Both the position numbers and the translations under genes were made by a program. DNA of 64,000 nt, taken from contig JBFLGF010000149.1 of the NCBI GenBank assembly GCA_050230475.1, forward strand, positions 1 through 64,000, in the 5' to 3' direction. Of the stretch, positions 40,447-53,800 are shown one piece after another; the stretch's first letter is position 1; each line of letters begins with the position of its first letter. The notes under the pieces were generated by a model, which ran no database searches, had not been told where the DNA came from, and saw nothing but the letters and a program-made list of their open reading frames with translations. The stretch is from Ancylonema sp. Its lineage: Eukaryota.

Positions 40447-40866
40447 CCCAGAGTCGAGATTTTGTGTGGTCGACAAAATAGCAACTCAAACATTATGTTC
40501 CTTCCGAAGTGTTGTGCACCCAAAAGTGAAATCAAGTTTCAACGGTGTGCGTTTATTGCCCTTCCAATGGTGGGCGTTTCAACCTTGTAGGTGTAAGCAC
40601 GATTCAAAACTAGACTTCGGCACGCAAGCAATGTGCATTTTTTCCTTCATCTATTCATCTCTGCCAAATGATTTCAATTGAGAGGTTAAATAATATGTGT
40701 AATACCAAGTGGTGTTGTCGTCCTCCATATAGTCGCACACATTAGTATTGTTCAAATTGACTAGCAAATGCTTCCACCTTCCACAAACACATCCCCTCAT
40801 TCACTAGCGAGCTACTCATAAATGGATCGAGAAATACAATCATATATACACCCCCAAAAAATGTTT

Positions 40867-42466
40867 TCAATCCACGGCTCTCTTGTTTGACCCTCTCCTC
40901 CTACTCGCCCCCCCCCCCTCTGGCCCCAACTGCGTCATGGATATTTGACCCACTTCTTCCCCAGGATCACTCCCCACCCCCCTCCTCCCCCCCCCCCACA
41001 ACCACGCCCCAACCCCCTGCAAAGGAGGCGAGCTAGACGACCTCCCAAACGCAGACTCGTACGCTGCTCTCGCCCTCTCTCCCCCACTCTCATTCCCTGA
41101 TGACTCCGCATCAGAGCCCCCAAGAAACCCCCCCCCCCCCCTCCCCACCCCCACCCCCTCCCCCCCCCCTACTGATAACCGTTTCAGGCTGTTGGGGGAC
41201 GCCCCTCTACTCCCCCGTTCCCCCCCCCCTACCCCCCTCTCAAACGGCAGGGGCGGTTCCCAACCTTTCTGCCCCCCTCTCCTCCGCACCAGCCTCTCCC
41301 CCCCGCTGCCGCTATCCTCCTCCCCACCCTCCCCCCCCGCCATCCGCCCCTGCGGCCCCCTCTCCCCCTGAGCCCGCGCCATTTCCTCCACCACCCAAGC
41401 CACCGAGGCTGCCGCGGACGAGCGCCGGGGTTTATCGGACTCGGGTTCAAACCTCACTTCCTCCTCCCCACCCTCATTCCCCCCCTCCCGCCCGTCCGCG
41501 ATGCCGTTGGTACCCTCGCCATTGGACAGGGGCCGCTCGGCGAGGGCTTCTAGAGCCCAGCGCGTGGATGGGGGAATCGTGAATCCCTCTGATTCGATAA
41601 CCGCCTCCGTCCCCTGGGGGGATTTGAGGCCGTAGTAACCTCTTAGGAGGTCCATGGAGGGAGTGAGAGGTTTTTGGGAGCTGGAGGGTGGGGGGTGGGG
41701 TATGGACAGCAGGTTTCGAGGTTATGAGGAAGTAAACGAAAACCCCTACAGTATGTGAGAGATAACGGAGCAAACATGGTATGGTAAGACCAAAACTAGA
41801 ATTGTGAAAGACAGCGTACCGGTGAAATAAGTCGCACTCTGCATAATGATGATATCAGCTTGCCTACGGAGTACCGCGAAATTTTTATTCCACTTCTATT
41901 TCGCAATATCCCCTTCTTTATATTCTACACGTGCGGCAGCTGCACCATGACAGTGGTGCAGAAGCTTCTGGGTTATAATTTATTATGAAAAATCCACCCC
42001 GTTTTAAAATGGTACGTACGGCAGGGGTGAAGGCATGTTGCAATATACGGACGCAGTGCATGTGGCAGGGTTCGAACAGGTGACTGGTCATGCAGGAAGG
42101 AACGTTTTCATGACCCCCTTGTTCGCATAGTCGCATATTACTATTTCAGCTCGTACCTGCCAGATGGCGTGGAAGCGGATATGGGCGAGGCAGGGGGATG
42201 GGGCCCCGGAAGTGGAATTCGGACGGTTTTCTGGGCAAACATCTGGAAATCGTTGATAAGCCGGTTGAGGCGTTTGATATCCTGCACCTGAACCCCACTC
42301 CAGAATCATGTCAACCAATGCCACGTAATACATAGCATGCACGAAATCTGCGGGGGTTCTACGCGGATCTCACCTCCACACCGTACTTTATCGCCAGGCC
42401 CGCCAGATTGTCACTCTTATCCAATATGTGGATCAGACATCCTTCTTCCCGTTCAATCGACCGCAT
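40867..42466 (-). CDS. Plant intracellular LysM-domain protein
   Basis: Exons 42466-42374 and 42287-42157 give HILDKSDNLAGLAIKYGVE|VQDIKRLNRLINDFQMFAQKTVRIPLPGPHPP (LysM). The last exon from ~41680 carries SMDLLRGYYGLK and a Gly/Ser-rich tail. A further internal exon is possible. Confidence 0.88.
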
Positions 42467-42729
42467 TCGGGATACCGTCGGTCAGCGAGGATGATTCTTG
42501 GATATGCCAGGCTGCGGACACCTGTTCCAGCCTTTAACAAGCAGCAAGTGGGAGATGGACTTTAGTAATACACCTCGGAGAGCAGTATCCCGCTGACCAA
42601 CCAATACTTAGCCGGACAAACTTCCGAGGGATTCTGCTGCAGACACCTGGTGGTGGTGGTGGAAAATCTGCGTTATATCGTAATCAGTAATCCCACCTTA
42701 TAACGATACTTTCTATAACGCCAACTTCG

Positions 42730-43161
42730 ATACAGTAGAACCTGTCTCAATTGATACTGTCTTAATTAATAACCTGTCTGAGATGATATTGTTTTCCGGT
42801 CCCAACCTTGGGCGGGTGTAAACATTGAAAAATGTTTCAAACGAGAAATGCATTTTGTTACACGACGGGATTCCCATCATGGGAACCCCATCTGAGTACA
42901 AGACCGACAATAAGTTACCACCCTACAAGAATATAACAAGGGAAGCACACCCCACCCGAAAACACTCGAGCAACAATCCGTAACTGTGCAAACAACAACC
43001 GCACCCGCGGAGGGGGGGGGGGTACTAGAGCCATACCCTACTCCAACCGCAACGCCCTAGCATGGATTGCATGTACAAGAGAACGTTGTAGCGCAACATA
43101 GACACTGTGCCGAAATCAAGTAACTAGCAAACTAGCATTTTGCGTGGTGTTGACCGCCATA
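42730..43161 (-). mobile_element. pogo-like MITE left end joined to the 3' fragment of the same CRE retroelement family
   Basis: TACAGTAGAACCTGTCT TIR-like start at ~42731; 42845-43140 aligns by eye with 29792-30078 (ATGGGAACCCCATCTGAGTACAA, CCCGCGGAGGGGGGGG, CCTAGCATGGATTGCATGT). Confidence 0.75.
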
Positions 43162-43761
43162 CACAGTTGCACGGACCGGCAAGATGGTTTTTTCGGTCCG
43201 CGGTCGGACCGGGTCCGAGTCCAGAGTCGGGACTCGGTCGGACCGGCGACTGTTTAGGGTAGTTTTAACACCCGACGATTTTCGGGGGGAAATGGACATC
43301 TCGGGGAATTTTGAAGGGATACATTTTCCCATCATTTTTGTACGATGCACAATCTAACATGATAAACATCATATATTTTTCGGATTTTTTATCCACGGTA
43401 AACCTTTCAAAATCCCGAAAGAAAAACCGAAAGTATCCTACTACCGCCGGCCAGAAAGAACGGACCCCGGTCCGGAACTTGGACCTCGAAACCCCGGTCC
43501 GCCGGTTCGTGCAACTATGCCAGCAATTTTCGGGAGAAATCTGACCTAAAACATTTTTTTTTCTTTTTTTTGTACGATACACAAGCCCAAATGAAAAACA
43601 AAATACAGTTTCCGAGTTTTTTACTCCACAATAAACCTTTCAAAATCCCGAAAGAAAAATCGAAAGTATTACGCCGGACCGACGCTCCGGCGTTTTGGCC
43701 TAGAAGGACGGACCCCGGTCCGAAACCTCAGAACCCCGGTCCACCAGTCTGTGCAACTATG
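43162..43761. mobile_element. hAT MITE (same family as 39310) with a duplicated right end
   Basis: TIRs CACAGTTGCACGGACCGG / GTGCAACTATG; TSD CCGCCATA / CCGCCGTA; an extra internal GTGCAACTATG end at ~43509-43519. Confidence 0.85.
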
Positions 43762-44022
43762 CCGCCGTAAGGGCGGAAAACATAGCTAGTTGTTTGCTTC
43801 TAACAATTATGTTAGAAGTATTTATCTACCGTTTTTTTATGAACACATTTGCATGGTTGTTTTCCCCAAGTGCTATCCGATGAAGCCAACCATCGTCCAA
43901 CCGCCCAAACTCTGCCCAACCGCCCAACTAGCTAGTGGTAAAGTTTTTTTTGCGAGCGGGCCCTACTTGATTGTGACATATGTTGTACATATATGCACAT
44001 TGTGGAACTTCAGTGCTTATAT

Positions 44023-44282
44023 CCATAGTTGCGTCCCGGACCGTCCGGGGATCTCCGGACGCGTCCGGGACACGTCCGGGCCCGGACGCGTCCCGGACGC
44101 GTCCCGGACCCGGATGCCTCAGCCAAAATCTAATATCCATATTTTTAGAACCCCCATATTTGAGAGACTTCAGAATGAAAACCTATTTTTTTTTTGGCAT
44201 CTTAGTTGCGTCCCGGACCGTCCGGGGATCTCCGAACGCGTCCGGGATGCGTCCGGGGCCGGACGCGTGCCGGACGTGTCCT
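44023..44282. mobile_element. hAT-like MITE end, tandemly duplicated
   Basis: TAGTTGCGTCCCGGACCGTCCGGGGATCTCCG occurs twice (~44025 and ~44203), with GGACGCGTCC repeats. Confidence 0.6.
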
Positions 44283-45009
44283 AGATTTGATCGTCGCTAG
44301 TATAGTCATAGCATTTTCCCTTTTAAAATATTTATGGTCACGTCGACTTGCCATAAGCATACGTGAGGAGGATTACTTCATATAACCCAAAAAGGATTCA
44401 TGTTAGCTGTACTTTCATATTTCCAATGGCGAATCATTGTATGCAATGCCACAATATGTGTTCCTAGAATGTGTTGGGGCTTAGTTGAGGTTCAAAATTT
44501 TCCTTTGAATTGTTTAATGCAAAAACAAACCATCTCCTACGAGATACTTTTCCACTTACGTCGCCCTCGCAACAAAAAGATGAATAAATAATGTATGAGA
44601 ATGAGACTTTGTATGTGAAATTTTTATCCAATGGCTAGTCTACGACAATTGAACACTCATTGAATGTCAATGTGAACTACATTGGTTGGTAGCATGCCAA
44701 AAAAAGTAGCAAATAGTTTTTTGAGATGTCTTGTGTAAGCAATCCCTTTGTTGATATGTCGATAATGTCATGAGCAAAAAGTATGTCAAAGCTTCACATT
44801 TTTTAATTTTTAACTCGACCAATGTGCTCAGCAGTAATTTTTGACCGAAGAATCATGTATCTCATGAATTATTTGTATTTGTAAGGTTTACCCTTGACTA
44901 TATATCAACCTTATTGATTACCGCCGGAACTTTTAGGGCCTAAAAATGCAACCCTAGATCCTCATACTTATGCTAATAATAGTTGAAATGTTATTATCAT
45001 GAAAAATAT

Positions 45010-45550
<541 letters not shown>

Positions 45551-45608
45551 ACATTTATAATAAAAAGGATTATATGATTAATAATAATAACAATAATAAT
45601 GATACTAA

Positions 45609-45785
45609 TACAGTAAAACCTATTTTAAGGAATTCTGCCGGGACCGGGAAATAATATTTATTTAGACAGGTTATTCACTTAGACAAGGACGGTTCCTAAC
45701 AAATCCGGTTTTGGGACCGGAATTTTTGGTTCCTTCAGAGAGGTTATTCCTTTAGACAGTATTCCTTTAGACAGGTTATACTACA
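45609..45785. mobile_element. Small pogo/Tigger-like MITE
   Basis: TACAGTAAAACCTATTTTAAGGAAT versus ATTCCTTTAGACAGGTTATACTACA form imperfect TIRs, with internal TTAGACAGG repeats. Confidence 0.65.
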
Positions 45786-46723
45786 GTGTATTGGTTATTA
45801 TAACAACATCTACAACAATAATATCAATAATAGTCATAATATGAAAAGAAATGCATGAAAATAGTGTTTGATAAATTTCACAATACCACCATGCATACCC
45901 TAGGAGTACTTATGCAAATACAAAAACAATTTTTTTCTTGGAACAAGAACACAAGACTGTACAACGTGCAACATGATCCTGATCGTGATCCGCTTCTTGT
46001 ATTCAAACCACTCTATAACCGTTGTTCCTCTCCTCTTGTGTAACACTCATATTTTGTGTTTCGTTTTTTTCTCTCCATTCCTACTCCAACCCTCACCAAA
46101 TCAATCCCCAACATCGTCAACGGGCTCCACCCTAGAAACATCTGTGAGGAATGATGCTACCACTCCATGTACGAATCCTCATTTCGTGTTTGTCCACCTG
46201 GAAGGGATGCCAACTTTGGTGATGGGCCACCATGGCCTCACTTCCTCCCATGACCTCCATGGAAATTTTGATTGAAAAGGTCGACCATAATCTTAACAGT
46301 AGAACCAGGATGCAAGTCCGAGCACACCAAACTATGTTGTCCAAACAACATACTTCATACTTCATACTTCATACTTCATGCTTCCTTCACTCTGGTCCAC
46401 ACTCACTACCTTCGCTACCTGCATCATGCATCATGCATGAGGTAGTCTGTACCCCATATCCAATTTTGAGAGCATACCTTGTCGGCCAGACAGTTTCCCC
46501 ACGGACTACTCACCAGGGGGGTGGGGTGGGGAAAGGACGTAATTACCAACATTCGCCTCTGGGGTATCCTATCACAACTCAGCATCACATTTGTGCAACT
46601 CTCCCCTACAAACAACTCGTAACACTCAATGATGTGAAGGAGAGGGGAAGGGGTGGAGTAGTAGCAGTAGTATGAGGGGGTGGGAGAAAGTGGTGTGAAA
46701 ACTGGAACGAACATCTTCCCTTC

Positions 46724-48113
46724 ACCTGTGGTGTGATGGAGGCAGTGACCACCAGGATGCCACCCAACTCAAATAGGTTACGCATGGCGCCAGAGAAGGC
46801 TTGGGCAAGATCAAGGTCGAGGGAGCTCTGGTCCGAGGACAGCTGGACAAAAGAGGAGAAGAAGAGGAACGGAAAAAGAAACACATGAGGTACTGAGTGT
46901 GCATCATCCCCCCCTATTCCCCTCCCGTGCCCCACCCGCGAAAGTATTCTTCCGGTGGGTGTGGTGTCAAAGAAGTTCATGGGCGCCCGGAACAGGCTGC
47001 GGATCATGGACGTGAAGAAGGCTTGCGCCGTGAACAGTCCGCCGTAGTTCACGGCCACAGTGCGAATGAAGACGAACAGCACGCCACTCAAGGTCAGCCA
47101 CGCGTACACGCGGATGAAGGTGGCAGGAGTGACGTGGTTGGCAGGGGTGGTGCCGTAGGAGAGCCAGTAGTTGGCAGCCAACTGAGAGACCTGGGACGAG
47201 AAGAAAGCAACAATGGTAACAATTGTCATACCAATGGCAAGGCATACCGTGTTGAAGAGGATGAGCAGCGCAATGAGCGTCTGAAGGGGGAGGTACCACG
47301 TGTCGTGCATCCACCACAAGAAGTCCACCACGCGCTGGAGGCGAGGCAGAAGGGACAAGTCAGCGTTTTCGTTGGGGAAGAGCGGGGGAGGGTTAGTTGA
47401 GAGAGGCGTACCTCAACGTCTACAGCCAGATAGTTGACGATCTCTCCAGCTCCATGGACGCCTTTGGCTGCATTGGACAGTCTGAGGCCCTTCCTGTACA
47501 CCGACGCGATGAGCTGCGACCGCAGGTGCGCGGCCATGCGCTCCACACCAAAGTACCACTGCCGCTCGCAGCACGCCTGCAGAAGTTTGGCGACGAGGAG
47601 CAGTCCGACCAGACCGAGTCCCTCCACCGCACCACGGTCTGGCTTGCCGATGTATCTCACCAACACGTCGAGCATGATGGGGCCCGTATACAGACATGAC
47701 ACAGTGACAACGGCAAGCAAGCCCAACGCTACAATAGATTTCCAATGGGTTTCCCATATGGCCAGAGTGAGACTCTGCTTGGCAGGGGTGCGTTCGTTCT
47801 GCCGTGTCCACTTTTCTTCAAAACGTGAGTACTGGAATTCCCCTTGATCTACAGGCCCCAGCTCTGGACAATCGAGTATCGTAAGAGACTTCTTCGAGCC
47901 TCGTGCGAGAAGACTGGTCAGCCACCAGAAGCTGAGGCGGCTAAGGAAGGATTTCTGTTCGAGATCGATGCACTCATGAGGAGCTGTTTTGTCCAGCAAA
48001 GGCTCATTATTTGAGTACATAGTGGAGACGTAGGAACCACCTGGAACCGGCCTTGAGCGTGGTCTAATTACAGATGCCATGTCTTGGCCACCTCCACACG
48101 GCCTATGACCCAT
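46724..48113 (-). pseudogene. ABCC/MRP transporter fragment with an internal deletion (TMD1 fused to TMD2, no NBDs)
   Basis: SFLSRLSFWWL..L..G.KK.L, LIASVYRKGLRLS, GEIVNYLAVD and LPLQ..ALLIL (TMD1) run directly into NYWLS..FIRVY..LFRAPMNFFDTTPTGRILSR|LSSDQ (TMD2). Introns are retained. Confidence 0.85.
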
Positions 48114-48666
48114 CTGGAGAAGGAATCCATAGTCCCACTTGCCATTCCAACTGCCGAGAAGGAATAGCGTGAACGTGACGCGAGCCTGGAGGAGAATAAA
48201 AACTGTGACTATTCGCAGGTGCCCCTGTACAGATTCGTTCCTTCGAACTTCCGCAGGGTGACACCTGCGGAAGTTGCAGTTTGCCTTCTCACCTGCGAGG
48301 CGAAGGCGAATTCCCCTGTCGTGCGAAAGTGAAACGCGTCAGCGCTTCTCGTATCGGGCTTCTCCTGCAGTCGACCTTCTCACTATTCCACAGTTCCTCT
48401 GGGTTCCCTGCATTTTCCATTCCGGTGGCCTTTGTATCAACGGACATCCGCAGACACTATGAACCAGTTAATAAGAGAGCTTCTCGTGTTGGGCATGTCG
48501 TCACAGTCTTTAAACTCGACGTAACTGTTAATTGATCTAATGCATGATGAAGGACGGCCTTTCACGCCAGGCGATTGTCAAGATTCATCACGGTTGGAGA
48601 TGGCTGCATGGCATCTAACATCTGCATTGTGCTGGTTTGATGCATATTTCACAGAAACAAACACGA

Positions 48667-48744
48667 GGGGCGAGCTGGTGTAGTGGGGCGAGAAGTGGTC
48701 TTTGATGTGATGAAATCACCTGGATTCAAATCCAGGTGATTTCA
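48667..48744 (+). other. tRNA-derived SINE-like head with a perfect hairpin
   Basis: A-box-like TGGTGTAGTGG and B-box-like GATTCAAATCC, the latter inside the 16-bp inverted repeat TGAAATCACCTGGATT-CA-AATCCAGGTGATTTCA. Confidence 0.45.
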
Positions 48745-50860
48745 ATAATCTTAAGTCAACCCAGGTTGCACCCGGATCATTCAACAACTAAACCGTCCGA
48801 CCCTCGCGTGTGCATGGATGTAGTATGGAAAGATCCTCCTTGTGAGTAGGTTTTCCCTTCAGATGTTCGAAGCAAGACTGGGATCCTCTAGAAAATAGAG
48901 AAGAGGATCTGGGATGATTGCCATCTGCATTCGTGATGATGGACGAACACGGAAGGGGAGGGGGGACGATCATCAATCAATCATTCATTGAGATATTATT
49001 ACTCTCTGTCGGTCATGGAAGTCCTCGAACAAGGATAATAAATTTGACGGATCAGAACTGTTCTATTCTAGGGCTATCATCCTCACCAAATCAGATGTGG
49101 TTGTTGCGCTTGTGTGGAATGTTGACAGTTCATCCGTCTCGCTGTTGTGGAAATACACCAAAAGATGGTCCATCATTGCGTGCACCACGTGACTCTCTGT
49201 TTTTTTTGCAACACATTTTAAGAAGAACGGCTTGAATTCCTATGCTGCTATAGTACACCTGATCCCTTTTCTTTGTTTCAGGACTTCCCAAAAAGTGGGC
49301 CAACTTTTATTATGTTCCTGTTACGCAGAAAGTGGGCCCAAATTACAACTCCGTCGGCCTCAACTATAAAGGGTTTGGGAGAGGAAGCAATGGTGGCGCC
49401 TCCTCACCACCTCATCCTCTCACATCAGCATCCTCCATCTCCTCTCTCCGTCTTCAACCTGAGTGGTTTGTGGAATCTGGGAATTGTGGAGTCCATGTTT
49501 AAATGTGTGCTGCCACCTACTTTCAGGAAGCATAGCATTCTCCTCGTCCTCCTTTCTAGTGTGCTTGTGCTCCTCTTTTGCCACATCCTCATCCACCACG
49601 GCAGGTGCTCCCAGCTCGGTGAAATGTCATGTGGGATACTTCCAACATTCCAAGATCTTTTCCATGCATTGTCAATTAATGTCACCAAGTGTTTAGTGGT
49701 CAATTAAAATGCGAACCCAAGCTAATTTTTCTTCAACAATGCTCTATGTCTTTTACTTGCCAACTTTATATTGATGAGTAAATGATTAAACCATGTGACT
49801 ACGTAACCATGTACACCAGCTACCAAATTCTCGCCCACCAAGGCAAGAAGACTATCTTGTATGAGAACTTGTCCAGATTTAAGAGTCCTTGGCCACTTGT
49901 GGTTGCCACGTGGCACTACTCTTGTGGTGTGAGGTGGCAACCGTGGTGGGTTACCCCAAGCCTTGTTTGGCATATTGCTATGCTATTGGGTGTGGAGTCT
50001 TCCAGGTACACAGACTAGTATCCTTCTCCTAGGCCTACTCCCACTATCAACCTCTCAATACTCCGATTGTCTTGGGTTTTGCAGGGGCTGATTCATTACT
50101 TGTCTATCGTTTTAGAGGTGTGACTGATTATTGTTGGGAATCTGTTTAAAGAACACAAGGTCCTATGCTAGTGCCTAAGCCCGATCTCACAATAGAACTC
50201 CTGGTTGACGACCCGCCCCGCCAGCATGACGATGATACAAAAGAGTGAAGTGTGAAGGTAATATTTTCAAGCCTTCTTCACCATGGCCTTCCAAATTCTT
50301 CTTTGGCCTTCAAAATTGTTACCGGCTTGTTTAGCAAAAACACGTAGTAGAGGCAGAGGATAGAAATGAATGTTTATAGCCAATTATTGTTTCCAACACC
50401 CATAAAGATACAACACCCGTTGCGAATATAGAGATTGCCATACCGCCAATCTCCCGCTCCGGATCGGAGTAAGATATGACTCGATTCAGATTGGCGCCAG
50501 ATAGGCGACCACAATGGTTTGGGCCCAACTAGGGGGGGGGGTGTCGGGGGTTGTCGGGTTTACGCCACATCCAGATGGTCCATATGAAGCTTTTCTTTTT
50601 TTCGTCGCTTCTCACATGATGAGCTGCGAACCGGATCCAAATCGGCGCCGGATCGGAAGATCCGCAATTGGAATGGGTTTAAGTATGATCTCTACACCCC
50701 CCCCATGCATGCAAATCAATAGCAAATGATAGAAGACTTCATTATGAAGTATTCAGTGCAAGAAGCACCATTTTCATATGATACGATCAAGAGTGCCAAG
50801 TTGAAAGCAAAGATGTTTCCTTTATTAATGTTCCGGTAAGTTCTTTTGCTTTAGATCATC

Positions 50861-53800
50861 TGTGAGTGCTTTCTTCTGCCATCGATGCAAGAAAAAAGCA
50901 CAATTCTCTCAGACAACTCTTGAATCGACAGATCACGTCATTACAAACGTTCACACAACAAAAGTGCAACTTTGAAGTAGAAAAGTCTGATTACAGAATT
51001 CAGCATACAAGCTCAGACCTAGTACAGTCGATTGTTACCTGGTCAAAGAATCTACTGGTATTGAAACTACTTCGTCAACTGCCAATCATATCCAAGCATT
51101 CTGCCACATCAACTAGTTCTTATCGACACTTGTGCCAGATGGCCAAGCTAATCATTGAAACAAGGACATCGGCCTGCAGCCGGCCTGCAGCCTGCCTGCA
51201 GCCTGCATTTTCTAAATAACGACAAAACTAAAGCTAAATTCCCGGTATTGCTAAAATCGATATAACGACAAAAGTTCACAGCCCCTAAAAACTACACCCC
51301 CTCCCCGGGTACTTTTGTATTCCTCCAAAAACGATAACCAAAACGATAATCGATTTTACGAACACAAATTGACAAAAACTCACTAATACACCAACCCCAC
51401 CAGATCACAATTCTTCTTCAACACCTTGACAGACACTGGTTTTTGTCAACATATCAGCAGCCTGGTCTTCATTCTTGACAATCTGTAGACTGATCTTTTT
51501 CTTGGACACCCTCTCTCGAATGGAATGATATTTGATGTCCATGTGTTTGGAGCGCTTGTGAAAAACAGGATTCTCAGCAAGATTCAAAGAACTCTCATTG
51601 TCTCCCAACAATAGCACACCCCCCCCACCCAATTACCCAACTCCTTTTTGCATCTGGCCTCAAATAAATGGCCTCATTTTCCCAGTAGCACTCAATGCCA
51701 AAATACTCACTTTTCACAGCTTGAGTGTGTGACTGTTTCCAGGAGACCACTCAGCTCACAACGGCTTTTCCACTAAGAAAGACATAGCCAGTTCTCCCCT
51801 TCCTAGCTAGTGTCGACGTCGTCACCATGACTAGCATCTGAGTAGCCGATGACTGGCAAATCAACCTTCCTTTCTTATACATCCCCCTGAACTCTTTCAA
51901 GATCGATGAAAAGATGCCAGTCAGAGAAATCAAGAATACTTTTCAGTTGATCATCAGAGAGTGTGTATATCAAAAATTTACAGTCAGCGCAGAAGATCAG
52001 GTGATGGCATTGTTTGCTGGCATGTCAAGAACAAAATACGGCATGTTGAAGAATCTTTACTTTTACTATGGACAGAAAGAGGCACCTGGGATCAGCTGGA
52101 TCTGGGGGCAGATGGGAATGGATGAGCTGGACGACAAGAAAGAAAAATATGTAAAAGATGTTGAGGCACTAGTTGTAGAGGTAAACTATGCTAAGTGGAG
52201 CCAAGGCAAAGGTGGTGGTATCGACAATCGTGGAGGCAGGGGTACATTCAGGGGGTATTCAGCAAATAATCGTGGAATCAGAGGTGGTCGTGGAGGCAGA
52301 GGTGGAGGTGGAGGCAGTGGATCAAGTGGAGGACATTCCTGCTATACTTGTGGAGAGACAGGTCACAGCAGAGACTGCTCCAAGAAAAACGAAGAATGCA
52401 AATATTGTGGAGCCATTGGTCACGTGGAATTAACATGTTTCGACGACAAGAAAAAAAACGAAGCTCCACGAATGCAGAGAAAGGGGGTACGCAGTGGGAG
52501 AAAAACAACTTTCGTTGGCGAAATCGACGATGAGGGGAAGAGCTGTGGTCATGCAGAAGCTATCATCGCTGAAATCTTCTATGGAGGAAATGTTGCAGAT
52601 AATGATGATGATGCGGAGAAAAATTTCCTTTTCGACGATGGTTCCAGTCACCATTCCTGTGGACACAAAAATCTTTTCAAAATCCTCGAAGACATTCCAC
52701 ACGAGGTCATCATGCATCATCTGGTCGGAAGTGTGCGAGTGAAGCAGTGGGGAACAATTGAGTTGAATACTGAGGGAGAGTGTGGAGGAGTAACACTCAA
52801 GAAATGTTTGTACATTCCTGGGATGCGCATTAATTTGTTCAGCGGTCAGAAAGCCGAAGAAGCAGGGTGGTCTTACACTTGCAGTGGAAAAGCTGGTGGC
52901 TGGTGGCATCATTCCAGTTTACAACAAATCTGGACAACAAGTCTGCACTCTGCAAGAAACATCGACAGGTCGAAAAACTATAATCTGCACACTGGTTCGG
53001 CTTCAGCAACTTAGTGAAGGGGAAGCTCTTGTAGCTGCTGTCGAAATCAACCTCCTGCACACAAGACTTGGGCATGCAAATGAGAGAGTGCTCAAAAAAT
53101 GTGGCACGACAACATATTGTACGAGGACTAAAAAGAGGCATCTCAAGAGTTCTGCGAAACTGTGAAGGGTGCAAGCTGGGGAAGGCACACGACAAACCTC
53201 ATCCTCGACGAGAAGTTGGTGAAGGAGAACAAGGCTGCCTGGGAAGTGTGTCGGTGGACTTGGCAGGGCCGTTCAATCCAGCATCAATACGGGAAGGAGT
53301 GTACAACATGGTGCTCGTCGATGAATACAGCCGAAAATCCTGGGTGGAAATACTTCGCAGCAAAGATGATGCAGCTCCTCAACTGAAACAAGATCGGACT
53401 GGGAAAATGAGTGCGCTGGCTTGGCTTGGTGTGTTAGTTGGATGGAATCCCGACACTCCTTGCTACCGAGTCTGGGATCCTGCAACGAACAAAATACACA
53501 ACGTTGGCACTGGTCATGCAGACTTCGATGAATGTGCCAAGCAAAGCTGGTGGAGGGGTCAGAAAATTGGCAAGAAGGCAAGAGTGCATGAGCTAGTTAC
53601 AGAAACAAAAATGTCATGGCCAGATCTGGATGCAGCTGATCAAGGAGCAGGAGGGGGTAGTGTTGGCCTCGGAGGGGGCATTTCTGGAGGTGGACAACGT
53701 GCCTATGGCGATCCAAATTCTGTCGATGAAGAGAAAGAGAGGCGATCCAAATTCTGTCGATGAAGAGATCCCTGATGCTGTGGGAGATCCATTGCCACAG

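Noticed and set aside
48790..50340. Possible decayed retroelement ORF on the minus strand
   Set aside because: Coding-like composition but no diagnostic RT or endonuclease motif recognised.
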